Positions 20,494 to 30,216 of a DNA stretch of 64,000 bases are shown here, piece after piece. This DNA is from Candidatus Latescibacterota bacterium (GTDB lineage Bacteria > Latescibacterota > UBA2968 > GCA-2709665), in NCBI GenBank assembly GCA_965205485.1, contig OZ242180.1, positions 4,448,001 to 4,512,000 on the forward strand. The letters run 5' to 3'. The position numbers and the translations under genes are program-made. Below the pieces are notes generated by a model. That model was not told the origin of the DNA and made no database searches. It worked only from the letters and a program-made list of their open reading frames with translations. Numbering within the stretch: position 1 is the first letter of the stretch; each line of letters opens with the position of its first letter.

Positions 20494-21750
20494 ATGGCCG
20501 GAAGAAAGAGCAAACAGCGTATTCGGGTCGGAGTTGTCGGCGTCGGCCGGGGCCGCTCCTTTACCCGTGCGGCCGGAGCGACGGGCATGGATCTTGTCGC
20601 AATTTGCGACACCTGGGAGGAACGACTCCTTGCAGAGGGCGAAGCGTTGAATGTACAGACCTTCGTCGACTACGACGAATTCCTGGGCTGCGACATGGAC
20701 GCGGTGGTGCTGGCGAACTATTTCCACGAGCACGCGCCGTTTGCCATAAAGGCGCTCAACGCGGGCAAGCACGTGATGAGCGAAACCGCCGCATGCCATA
20801 CGCTGGGCGAAGGCGTGGCCCTGGCGCGGGCGGTTGAAAAAAGCGGCAGGACCTACATGTTCGCCGAGAATTACCCCTACATGGTCTACAACCAGGAGAT
20901 GAGGCGGCTCTATCAAAATGGACGCGTGGGCGAGTTCAAATACGGAGAGGGGGAATACGTCCACCCGGACCCGCCGGAGGTGAAGCTGGCCCGAAGCTGC
21001 GGGCGAAATCATTGGCGCAACTGGATTCCCGCCACGTACTACTGCACCCACTCCATCGCACCGGTGATGTATATCACCGACACCAGGCCCACGAAGGTGA
21101 ACGGCTTCGTCATCCCATTCGATTCTGCCGATCCGGCCCAGACGCTGCACGTGAGGCGTTCGGACACGGCCGCGGTGATCATCTGCAGGATGGACAACGA
21201 CGCGATCATGAAATCCCTGCACGGGGGGCTGCGTGGTCACGGCAACTACGTACGCATCCACGGCAACAGGGGCGTGATGGAAAACTGCCGCCACGGCGAC
21301 AAACAGCGGCTGCGCGTCTGGTACGAACCCTGGGAAAAACGCAAGAGTGATCCGGTCGAAACGGTCTACAAGCCCGACTTCCCTGTCCATCACAACCGGG
21401 CGACCCGCACCGGCCACGGCGGCGGGGACTTCTTCACGACCCATCACTTTGCCGAGGCGATCCGCAAGGGAGAGCAGCCGTATCTCGACGTCTACCGCGG
21501 CCTGGACATGAGCATCGCGGGCATCCAGGCGTGGCGGTCTGCGCTAAACGAATCGGCTTCGATGGAAGTGCCCGATTTCCGCGACGAATCCGTACGCAGG
21601 CAATACGAAAACGACGACTGGTCGCCCGACCCCGCGCGCAAGAAAGACGGACAGCCGCCCTCCAGCATCCTCGGCGACATCGAACCGTCCGACGAGGCGA
21701 AAGAGCTGGCCGGAAAGGTCTGGGCGTCAACGGGATACACGGGGGAGTGA
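20494..21750 (+). CDS. Gfo/Idh/MocA oxidoreductase
   Basis: GVVGVGRG, AGKHVMSE, GHGGGDF. Confidence 0.9.
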   Translation: MAGRKSKQRIRVGVVGVGRGRSFTRAAGATGMDLVAICDTWEERLLAEGEALNVQTFVDYDEFLGCDMDAVVLANYFHEHAPFAIKALNAGKHVMSETAACHTLGEGVALARAVEKSGRTYMFAENYPYMVYNQEMRRLYQNGRVGEFKYGEGEYVHPDPPEVKLARSCGRNHWRNWIPATYYCTHSIAPVMYITDTRPTKVNGFVIPFDSADPAQTLHVRRSDTAAVIICRMDNDAIMKSLHGGLRGHGNYVRIHGNRGVMENCRHGDKQRLRVWYEPWEKRKSDPVETVYKPDFPVHHNRATRTGHGGGDFFTTHHFAEAIRKGEQPYLDVYRGLDMSIAGIQAWRSALNESASMEVPDFRDESVRRQYENDDWSPDPARKKDGQPPSSILGDIEPSDEAKELAGKVWASTGYTGE

Positions 21751-21831
21751 AGTCGAACAGCGGCTATCGGAACCGGACGCGAGCGACCTGCGACCGACGT
21801 CAACCTGTCCGCTATCACGACCTTATCCACC

Positions 21832-21991
21832 AGTATCCGGAGCGAGGGCATCCTGCCCTCGAACTTCGTGTGACCCATCGATACCCGAATGAAGGGCCTA
21901 TTGTTTCCTTTGCATCCGAATTCATATTGAAAATGACGGTGCCAAGGCCTCGCGAATGAGCCGTCGAGGGCAGGATGCCCTCGCTCCCGGG
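21832..21991. repeat. REP-doublet element family B, copy 1 (~160 bp)
   Basis: Inverted GGAGCGAGGGCATCCTGCCCTCG ends; aligns end to end with the reverse complement of 26262-26421. Confidence 0.85.
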
Positions 21992-22089
21992 AACGCCAAT
22001 TGTAACAACTGCCCCGATGCCAATTTTCCGGCTCGGTACAGAACCCCGCCTCTATCGGGTTCCAACGGAAGCGTCGGTTACCGTCGCCA

Positions 22090-22590
22090 TCAGCGTCGGC
22101 CCTCCTCTTTCCACCGGCGAATTTCCTCTTGCGTCACCGGCTGCATTTCCCGCCGACGTTCACTCGATGTTTTGAGGGCTTGCCTCCAGAGCAACGCGCC
22201 GAACGTCGTGTATTCGTCGGAAAACTCCGACTGAATGATTCGCGTGTACTTCCAGGGCTTTCCGGTGGCTTCGCTTAACCGCTTGCACCACTCCCGCGCA
22301 ACCATATCCTTATCGTCAGTCCTCACCCAGACTCGGACTCCGGTTTCCACGACCCTGTTTACCTCGCCGCCATCTGTAACCTGAACGACGACCCAGTCCG
22401 GGCAATAGAATCCGATCTCGCCGCTTCGTTTCAGATAATCGATGCGTAACGTCGTCGCAGAGTCGCCCTGCTCTGTCGTGCGGAGGGCCGCAAAAAGGGC
22501 GATGTCTTCGGCGCGTTCTAGAAACGCCGCAAAACTGCGCTCAAAATCGTTATAGGTGGCCACGAAGTTGAAGATCGTCTTCACCGCTTT
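22090..22590 (-). pseudogene. remnant of type III restriction Res subunit C-terminal endonuclease domain
   Basis: KTIFNFVATYNDFERSFAAFLE...RIDYLKRSGEIGFYCPDWVV...VETGVR: PD-(D/E)xK motif with the Lys absent; no helicase domain. Confidence 0.7.
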
Positions 22591-22607
22591 CAATGAGAGT
22601 TTCTGAT

Positions 22608-22699
22608 GCCCCCACCATCCTTGACGACATCGAACCGTTGGATGAAGCGAAGAAACTGACCAAAACGGTCTGGGCGTCACAGGGGTACACAGGGTATGA
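22608..22699 (+). repeat. diverged duplicate of the 3' end of the 20494-21750 gene
   Basis: Encodes PTILDDIEPLDEAKKLTKTVWASQGYTG versus SSILGDIEPSDEAKELAGKVWASTGYTG. Confidence 0.85.
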
Positions 22700-22837
22700 C
22701 GTCGACCTTGGGGCACACCACACAACCGCGACACTGAATAAGATAAGTTATCGATCCGTTTCACCGCGCGCCGTCCGGATGCAGTTCACGTGCCTTAAGG
22801 CGTTACTGATGAACTGTCAGTTGCGTGAACAGGTGCG

Positions 22838-23593
22838 CTACTCGGGCCGCTTGAAAAGGGAAATTCGGTTGCCTGCGATATCGTTAAAGATCGCGAGCGA
22901 ACCGAAGCCGCCGGGAATCTCGTTTGGTTGCATCACGGCCGTTGCGCCAAGGCTCACCGCCTTGTCTAGATACGCTTGCAAATCGTCAACCATTACAGCA
23001 ACCGAAGGGGCGTTGGGGGGCATTCCATCCATGTGCTGGAATATCCCGCCGCCAATACCTTCCGGCTCTTGTTCTACGAGGCGGTAGTTCATCTCTTCCA
23101 TAAGCACGGTCTTCCAGCCGAACATCTCAATGTAGAAGACGTCAAGCGCTTCCGAGTCGCTTCCACCGACCTCGAAATGCACGACTGGTGGGGCATTGCC
23201 CTTCGGCGGCATCTCGCCGTCCCATTCGGCGGGCAGCGAGTACAGTCCAATGGTGTTGTGGGCGGGGTCTGTGAACATGGCAAAGGAACCCATGCCCGGC
23301 GCAATCTCAATCGGCGGCATCACCGTGGCTCCACCCATCCCGGAAAGCTTGTCGAGGGCTGCCTGGAGGTCGCCGACCTGAATGTAGAAGGTCACATAGT
23401 TGCTGGCAGGCATATCCTCGGTGGTTTCCATGATACCGCCGCCGATGCCCCCTTCGTTGGTCTGCACCAGACCGTAGTTGCCCATCTCCTCGCCCTGCGT
23501 CTGCACGTTCCATCCGAAGAGGTCTCGGTAGAACTGCTGCAAGGCGGGGCCATCGGGGCCCGCGATCTCAAAGTGGACTACCGGATTTCCCAT
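22838..23593 (-). CDS. two-domain VOC/glyoxalase protein
   Basis: Two repeats PVVHFEI/V...FY..FGW...GIGGGI; RBS before ATG 23593. Confidence 0.9.
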   Translation of the reverse strand: MGNPVVHFEIAGPDGPALQQFYRDLFGWNVQTQGEEMGNYGLVQTNEGGIGGGIMETTEDMPASNYVTFYIQVGDLQAALDKLSGMGGATVMPPIEIAPGMGSFAMFTDPAHNTIGLYSLPAEWDGEMPPKGNAPPVVHFEVGGSDSEALDVFYIEMFGWKTVLMEEMNYRLVEQEPEGIGGGIFQHMDGMPPNAPSVAVMVDDLQAYLDKAVSLGATAVMQPNEIPGGFGSLAIFNDIAGNRISLFKRPE

Positions 23594-23655
23594 TGTTCCT
23601 CCTGACATTTGTTGAAATCCCCCCGCCGCATCAGCCGTCGCCGGCCCTACGACAA

Positions 23656-23729
23656 CCCTTCGACAGGCTCAGGACAGCGGCTCAGGGAGCGCCTCGGCTT
23701 CTGCGACTCCCCCTCAAGGGGGGAGTGAT
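23656..23729. repeat. REP-like cluster (CCCTTCGACAGGCTCAGG and ACTCCCCCTCAAGGGGGGAGT)
   Basis: Palindromic units; first unit also present at 29047-29077. Confidence 0.6.
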
Positions 23730-23799
23730 TGGTCCATCGAACGGGCGCGCGCGTTCTCTGCTACCTATTTGTTTGCGGCCGCCAAATGTCTCCCCTCCC

Positions 23800-25257
23800 T
23801 CACATCGGCCCGATGCGATCTGGACCGCGGTCCATGGCGAGCATGGACGCGTCGAAGCTGCGCTGCATGAGGTCGAGTCTGACGCCAGCGTGACCGGGGC
23901 TGTCCCAGAGATTGTCAAACTCCCCCGGGTCCTCCTCGAGGTCATACAGTTCGCCCAGGCCGTGCCCGTGGTAGACGACGAGCTTGTAACGGCGGTCGCG
24001 GTACATGGTGGCGAACGTCCCGTCGGCCTGGTCCAAGGCGTCGTAGAACTCGCAGCGTACGAATTCGCGATGTTCGTCGGCCGGTTTCTCCCCGCTGAGC
24101 ATCGACGCCAGCGAACGCGCCTGCATCCGCTCGGGAACCGGCAGCCCCGCCAGTTCCAGCAGCAGCGGGGCGATGTCGCGCAGTTCCACCAGCGCGTCGC
24201 TTCTCTGTCCGGACTTCACGTGTCTGGGCCACGAGAAGATCAGCGGCACCCTCACCAGCCCTTCGTAGAATCGGCATCCCTTCTGAATCAGCCCGTGGTC
24301 TCCCAGCATCTCGCCGTGATCGCTGGTGAAGATTACGAGCGTATTCTCGCGCTGTCCCGTCGCTTGCAGGGCGGCCATGATCCGGCCGACCTGATCGTCG
24401 ATCAGCTTGATCATGGCATAATACGCGGCGATCAGCGTCTTCGCATCCCGTTTGCCGCCGGTTTCCGGCTCCGCCAGCCCGCGGGTCTGCGTCCAGGGGA
24501 TCACCGGGCTCTTGATATCCAGGTCACGCGGATGCCGCCCTTTGGACTGGAAGTCGATGGATTCGAGCGCCTTCTGCTGCGCCAGATCGCTTTCCCGAAA
24601 CAACGGTCCGCCTACCTGTTCGGGATCGAACAGGTCGCGGTACGTGCGTGGCGGATTGAACGGCGGATGCGGGTCGTAGATATTCACTGAGGCCAGCCAT
24701 GGGCCGTCATGCGCTTCGCTCAGGAAGTCTATTGTCTTTTCCGCACACCAGGTGGTCTGGTGCAGATCCGCCGGCACGCCGTCAAGACGCTTCGTCAACT
24801 CACCAAGCATTTCCCCCTTCGACCGCACCCAATCGGCGTAGTCGTGTCCGGTCTCCCAGTCATCCCGCGGCGCGTGGCTGTATTGCCAGTACCTGTACCC
24901 GTCGTCGACCCGCTCTTCCACGCGACCGAACGCGCTGGACAGATGCAACTTGCCGATCAGGCCGCAATCGTATCCGCTGTCGGCGAGCAGCTTCGTGACG
25001 AGCGGGGGCGTATCCGGAAAGTGTGAATTGCCGTTGCCGTTCACGTGGACGGCGCTCGCATATTGTCCTGTCAGGAAACTCGCGCGGCTCGGCGTGCAGA
25101 TCGGACTCTGGCAATAAGCGTGCGTAAACGCGAATCCTTCGGCGACCAGCCGGTCGATATTGGGCGTGTCCACGTGGGGATTCCCCAACGCACCGATGGT
25201 ATCGTACCGCTGTTGGTCGGTACAGATCCAGAGAATATTCGGTCTTGAACCTCTCAT
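23800..25257 (-). CDS. sulfatase (formylglycine-dependent)
   Basis: PNILWICTDQ, CTPSRASFLTG, GKLHL, TSDHG. Confidence 0.93.
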   Translation of the reverse strand: MRGSRPNILWICTDQQRYDTIGALGNPHVDTPNIDRLVAEGFAFTHAYCQSPICTPSRASFLTGQYASAVHVNGNGNSHFPDTPPLVTKLLADSGYDCGLIGKLHLSSAFGRVEERVDDGYRYWQYSHAPRDDWETGHDYADWVRSKGEMLGELTKRLDGVPADLHQTTWCAEKTIDFLSEAHDGPWLASVNIYDPHPPFNPPRTYRDLFDPEQVGGPLFRESDLAQQKALESIDFQSKGRHPRDLDIKSPVIPWTQTRGLAEPETGGKRDAKTLIAAYYAMIKLIDDQVGRIMAALQATGQRENTLVIFTSDHGEMLGDHGLIQKGCRFYEGLVRVPLIFSWPRHVKSGQRSDALVELRDIAPLLLELAGLPVPERMQARSLASMLSGEKPADEHREFVRCEFYDALDQADGTFATMYRDRRYKLVVYHGHGLGELYDLEEDPGEFDNLWDSPGHAGVRLDLMQRSFDASMLAMDRGPDRIGPM

Positions 25258-25288
25258 TCATGCTCCCCAGGTTCGATGAAGCGATCGG

Positions 25289-26155
25289 TCAGGCGACGCC
25301 CCCGTCCACGAGCCTCACACCCTCCCTCATCCATCCGCTGAGGCAGGTGACGTCGTTTACGGCGCGTATGGCGATGTTTCGTGACGCCTCGTGGAGATCG
25401 AGCCTGCGGACGATGATCTCGTCCGAGAACATGCCGGCTTCCGCCATCACGTTCCCGTCCGGATGGATGATCTTCGATTCGCCGTGCGACGACCCCGCGC
25501 GGTCGATATCCGTCGGGTCGGCGGGCGCGTTGGCCATGACCACGTAAATGCCGTTTTCGGTCGCGCGGCTGATAGGCATCGCCCGGTAGGCCGACAGTTT
25601 ATGCTCAAGAGTGACGGAGCTCTCGCAACTGCAGAAAAAGCAGACCTGCGCGCCGGCCGCCGCGGGCAGCCGCACGAGTTCGGGATAGCGGATATCGTGA
25701 CAGATGAGGAAACAACACGGTACGCCGCACAGGCTGTAGACTGGCAGGTGCTGGGACGGCTCGAACCAGTGCTCGCCGGCGAGATGGATCTTGCCGTAAC
25801 GGCCGCGAACCGTGCCGTCTCGGTCCACAACGAGCAAGCTGTTGAATTGGCGTCCGTCTTCCTGATGGGTTGAACCGACGACGGCCGCGATGCCTGTTTC
25901 CCTGCATGCCCGGACAATCTGCCGTTCTGCATCTTCGATGCGGGATCGATCCAGGTTTGCCCAGAAATCCGGATGGTCGCAATAGCCGAACAGAACGCCC
26001 TCGTGGAACGCGGCCACGTCGACCTTCTCACGGGCGCACGCGTTCAACCGCTCGACGATCCCGCGCGTATTTTTCTCGATGTCGTCGTCCGCGTGCATCT
26101 GAACCGCGGCCACGCGCAACCACCTCCGGGGCATGACGACCTCCTCGATAGTCAC
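25289..26155 (-). CDS. carbon-nitrogen hydrolase (nitrilase superfamily)
   Basis: Catalytic triad motifs FHEG, YGKIHL, LICHDIRYPE. Confidence 0.9.
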   Translation of the reverse strand: MTIEEVVMPRRWLRVAAVQMHADDDIEKNTRGIVERLNACAREKVDVAAFHEGVLFGYCDHPDFWANLDRSRIEDAERQIVRACRETGIAAVVGSTHQEDGRQFNSLLVVDRDGTVRGRYGKIHLAGEHWFEPSQHLPVYSLCGVPCCFLICHDIRYPELVRLPAAAGAQVCFFCSCESSVTLEHKLSAYRAMPISRATENGIYVVMANAPADPTDIDRAGSSHGESKIIHPDGNVMAEAGMFSDEIIVRRLDLHEASRNIAIRAVNDVTCLSGWMREGVRLVDGGVA

Positions 26156-26261
26156 CGTTTCAAGGATAACAGTGAATCACTGCTGTCCAGGATAATTGTG
26201 AAGGCGGGGTTGTGCACCGAACCTGAAGAAGTGCAATGGAGCAGTTGTGCCAATCGGCGCG

Positions 26262-26421
26262 CCTGGGAGCGAGGGCATCCTGCCCTCGACGGCCAATTCG
26301 CGAAGCTCTGGCACCGTCATTTTGAGTATGGTTTCGGATGCAAAGGAGTCAATAAGCCATTGACTTGGGTATTGATGGGTTACACGAAGTTCAAGGACAG
26401 GATGCCCTCGCTCCGGATACT
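26262..26421. repeat. REP-doublet element family B, copy 2 (opposite orientation)
   Basis: Reverse complement matches 21832-21991 along its length. Confidence 0.85.
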
Positions 26422-26540
26422 AAAGGAATATAACATGCGACAGGAATGTACGCGAGACGCAAGAAAGCAGGCAACGTGACATAAACGGCGGCGCAGCCTC
26501 AGATTGAAAGACGTGCGACGCAACCTGGAAGCGCGCCGGG

Positions 26541-27941
26541 TCACCCGCGGCGCGCGGACCCGGGGGGCGCCTGATAGAAGGCCATGCTGGCGTAGCTGAC
26601 CAGCGAACCGGTATCGTCCTGGCGGTTCTGCCCGTAGCTGAGCAGGTCGCCGCGGCATTCGGCGCCGGCCAGAAGCGTATGAAGCGAGAACAGACCGGAG
26701 ACGCCGTCCACGTTGCGCGCGTTGCCGTCTGCCTTCAACGTGCGGAAGAACCCCGCCGCATCGAATCGTTGGACGTACCCCAGCAAGTCACGGTCGGTCG
26801 ACTCGCAGGCGGCCGCCGCCGCATCGTCGACCCGGTCGGCATGGCCGAATTTGGGGCCGATATGCGACAGGTCCACACTGAGCAGGTACAGGGAACGCTT
26901 TCCACTCGCAGATACCGCATTACGCAGCGCTTCGAGTTCGTTGGCCACCTCTGGAGAATCCAGGGGATTCAGTCCCTCCTGCAGGCAGTGATCGACGCTT
27001 CCGAGCAGGACGGGAACCACCTGGAAAGGCGGCAGATCTGCCCGCGCCCGGATATACTGCAGAAACAGCAGCGCGAACTCGACCGAGTGCTCGGTCCGGT
27101 GAAGCCACTGCTGATTGGTGACGTCACGACCGGCGCGGTCGGACCAGTCCTCGACTACGTCCGAATCCGTTGGCACGCGACCGAACGGCGTTTCGTAGTG
27201 TTTGCGGGTCGCAATGGCAAAGCTCTCTCCCGGCTCCGTGCCGCCGTTGTGCGCCACGCCGAGTATGACGAAGAGTTCGCAGGAGTGCTCGCTGCCGGAG
27301 GCCGCGGCCAACGCATTGAAGGCGGGCGGATACGTCTCGCCGCCCGCGCGCAGATCGATGTGAGGGCACATGATGGCGGCAATCCGCGCATTCTGATCCC
27401 CGTTGCTGTCTCCACGTCGCGCCTTCACGGACGAAGCGGCGGTTTCAAAGAACCCGTCGAGCATCCCGGCGAGTTCTCCCGGGTCGTCCGGATAGGCAGA
27501 TCCCGCGTGCCAGGCCGGTCGAACTTCGGCGCGATCGAATTCGTCACGCACGCGGGCGATCCGGGCCGCGGCCACGGGGTCGTCCAGATAACAACCCTCG
27601 CTCAACTTGTTCAGCACGTGACGGACCTCGCCAACCCCCACCTCGCCACCCGGAAGCGCTTTTTGCAGGGATTCGAGAATCTGATCGATGGAGTGTCGGC
27701 CATCCAGATGCGACAGAACGAGCATTCCCGCCGGTCCGAGCAGCAACGGCTGCGGCGCGATCTCCAACGGATCCCGCACGTAGAACATGCGGCTGCCGCC
27801 CTGGTCGATCGGGATCACTTCGATGTTCCGCACACGGGGCAGCGGGGTATCGGTTGCGAATGACATCACGTGGTCCTCGAATTGCCTTGCCAATTGCGCC
27901 TCATTAATCGCTTCCATGGCAGAAAGACGCGGGCTCGCCAC
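26541..27941 (-). CDS. MEMO1 / AmmeMemoRadiSam protein B with N-terminal extension
   Basis: VRPAWHAGSAYPDDP, CPHID, LGVAH, HRTEHSVE, SVDLSHIG. Confidence 0.88.
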   Translation of the reverse strand: MASPRLSAMEAINEAQLARQFEDHVMSFATDTPLPRVRNIEVIPIDQGGSRMFYVRDPLEIAPQPLLLGPAGMLVLSHLDGRHSIDQILESLQKALPGGEVGVGEVRHVLNKLSEGCYLDDPVAAARIARVRDEFDRAEVRPAWHAGSAYPDDPGELAGMLDGFFETAASSVKARRGDSNGDQNARIAAIMCPHIDLRAGGETYPPAFNALAAASGSEHSCELFVILGVAHNGGTEPGESFAIATRKHYETPFGRVPTDSDVVEDWSDRAGRDVTNQQWLHRTEHSVEFALLFLQYIRARADLPPFQVVPVLLGSVDHCLQEGLNPLDSPEVANELEALRNAVSASGKRSLYLLSVDLSHIGPKFGHADRVDDAAAAACESTDRDLLGYVQRFDAAGFFRTLKADGNARNVDGVSGLFSLHTLLAGAECRGDLLSYGQNRQDDTGSLVSYASMAFYQAPPGSARRG

Positions 27942-27962
27942 ACCGCTTACTTCCCAAGGTGT

Positions 27963-28918
27963 TTATCCTACAAACTCGCCCAGATGAGGCGCGAAAACTC
28001 GCTTGAATTCCAAGAGATTCGAAATCAGCCAGTCTGTGATTTCGCCCCGGGTCTTTTCGTCGTCGTCAATGCTCCCTCGCCGAGAAAGACTGACGCGACT
28101 GGCTTGTCTATGGTCCAAACGTTCCCAGAAGAGATCGTCTCCTAGTTCGGTTTCGATTCGCTCCTTTCTATCGAAAAGCTGATCAAACAAGGTTTTGTTC
28201 CAATCCTTGTCGTTCGAGTTAATGTAAACTTCAACCCTTACTGTTTCACCTTGACCGAAGCAGGCACCGAACTGTACACGTTGTCCATATCCCCCTGAGA
28301 ACAGATACCAGCTCTGTGGCTGGGCTTTGATAACGTTTGTGAACTCTAGCTCTCTAAGTCTATCAATCAGGATTTGGAAAAACGCCTTATACCGCAGGTT
28401 TCTGTCCGAAGTATTGCCCAATCGTTTCGCTTCAGTGGCTTCACGCTGCCACTCGTTTGGTGTCGAAACCAGATTGAAGTACGGTGCGGGCCGAGAGCCG
28501 TCAATGGTCCATACTTCGACAACAACGCCATAAAATTCCGTTTCCTGGCCGGTACGTTGGTTCAACCAGTCAATGGCTTGCCTGTGTTCGTCCCTGAATT
28601 CCTTAGCTACCCAAATTATCACCTGTGCATCATACCCGCACGCGTAAGTGAGGAGTTTTCCCAAATGATCATGGTCTGTTGGCTGCAATTGATTCTCAAT
28701 TATGACTGTGCGGTTTGTTCCTGAATCGAGAGCCAGCAGATCTAGTGAAAAAGCACCGACCCGCGCTTCTCGAGATTGCAATTCCAGATCCAGCCCCAAG
28801 ACCTCGCCAAGTTCAGATATGTTGTCCGCAAGCCAAGGTGTGAAGTCTTTGCTTTCATTCGGCCAAGCCGCGCGCAGCTCAGCCTTTTGAAGTGTCCAAG
28901 TCCTGACGAATCCGGCAT
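27963..28918 (-). pseudogene. DUF4268/NucS-like nuclease-domain protein with apparent frameshift near the start
   Basis: WPNESKDFTPWL, IIENQL..TDHDHLGKLLTY; the AAGGAGG+ATG at 28918 is out of frame with the body; visibly lower GC than neighbours. Confidence 0.7.
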
Positions 28919-28980
28919 GGTTGTCCTCCTTCAAATCGATATCGTGTAAATCTCTAGTGATTGCGGAGCATCGAAACGCG

Positions 28981-29077
28981 GTCATTGAGCTTGTCGAAAT
29001 GCCCGCGTTTCACTACTTGATGGTACTCTTCAACGACCGTCGCCGACCCTTCGACAAGCTCAGGGAGCGGCTCAGGT
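28981..29077. repeat. inverted REP pair (CTTCGACAAGCTCA type)
   Basis: GTCATTGAGCTTGTCGAAATG facing CCCTTCGACAAGCTCAGGGAGC. Confidence 0.65.
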
Positions 29078-29516
29078 CGTAGGTGCCATCACCACCGGAC
29101 GACCGAAACCTGACAGTCAGATTTAATGACAATATAGCTCTACACTCTTTATTATTTCTGACCGAACGGCGCGTTTCTCGGTGTACTACCAGACGGGAAG
29201 AACTTACGCCTTCACTGTACCATCGTCAAGCCGATTTACCGCAACAATCGTAGACCCGCGGATTTGCTGATCTTCGTGGTACACAACGAAAATAGCATTG
29301 CTATGAAGGATAATTTATCATTCACTAAAGGAGAACCTTGGAACTATCCGTTTTCGTCACGAACTCGCTCCCGCCATCTCGGGCAGGATAGAATAGAACG
29401 ACTATCTCCTGAATACGGGATCGAGAAGCTGAACGACGTGGATCTTCATGACGATACCAAACACAAGGTGGCCGTTCGGATTGAGAACATCTGACGCCGG
29501 TGAGGAGCGGATTAAG

Positions 29517-29984
29517 ATGCAACGGGAATTCATGGAAAGAGCGATAGAACTCTCACGAATTCAGATGCGGACACGACGAGGCGGCCCTTTCGGCGCCGTC
29601 GTCGTGAAGGGCGGCCGGATTATCGCCGAAGGATCCAACGAGGTGATCGCCCGCAACGATCCGACCGCCCACGCGGAGATCGTGGCGATCAGGAAAGCGG
29701 GGTCGCGACTGCACGCATTTCACCTGGACGGATGTGAAATCTATGCCAGTTGCGAGCCATGCCCGATGTGCCTGGCCGCCATCTACTGGGCAAGGATCGA
29801 GAAGATTTACTTCGCCAATTCCGCCGAGGACGCAATGGAAATCGGTTTCGACGACGAATACTTCTACCGGGAGATACAACTACCGAAGACACAACGGCGA
29901 ATCCCATCCCGTCAATTCATGCGGGACGAAGCGCTGCCGGTCTTTCGTGAATGGCACAATATGGACGACCGAATCGAATATTAG
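29517..29984 (+). CDS. guaD: guanine deaminase (cytidine-deaminase fold)
   Basis: GGPFGAVVVK, NDPTAHAE, SCEPCPMCLAAIYWARI, C-terminal Tyr. Confidence 0.8.
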   Translation: MQREFMERAIELSRIQMRTRRGGPFGAVVVKGGRIIAEGSNEVIARNDPTAHAEIVAIRKAGSRLHAFHLDGCEIYASCEPCPMCLAAIYWARIEKIYFANSAEDAMEIGFDDEYFYREIQLPKTQRRIPSRQFMRDEALPVFREWHNMDDRIEY

Positions 29985-30019
29985 GTTTTCCGAAGGAAGT
30001 TCCAATCCTTGACAACCGC

Positions 30020-30160
30020 AGGCTGTACGAAGTTTAAAAAGAGCGGCGAGTCTGTTTATCCCGAAGACGCGCCGCTCCTGATTTTCCCTTGAGGTCAATT
30101 ATAGTTCGATCCGGAGGTTGTACGAGAACAAGAGCGGCGATCTGCCCGAGACGCCCGCTT
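30020..30160 (-). terminator. tandem related hairpins between convergent genes
   Basis: Two AGG(C/T)TGTACGA...AAGAGCGGCGA...AGACGC..CGCT units, each folding and followed by T-rich sequence on the minus strand. Confidence 0.45.
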
Positions 30161-30216
30161 GTTTGCTTTCTATCCAAGGCTGCGCCGCCGGGTCGATCGG
30201 ATACCCCCTGATCGAG

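Noticed and set aside
29100..29516. Purine riboswitch upstream of guaD
   Set aside because: The conserved purine-riboswitch core sequences were not found.
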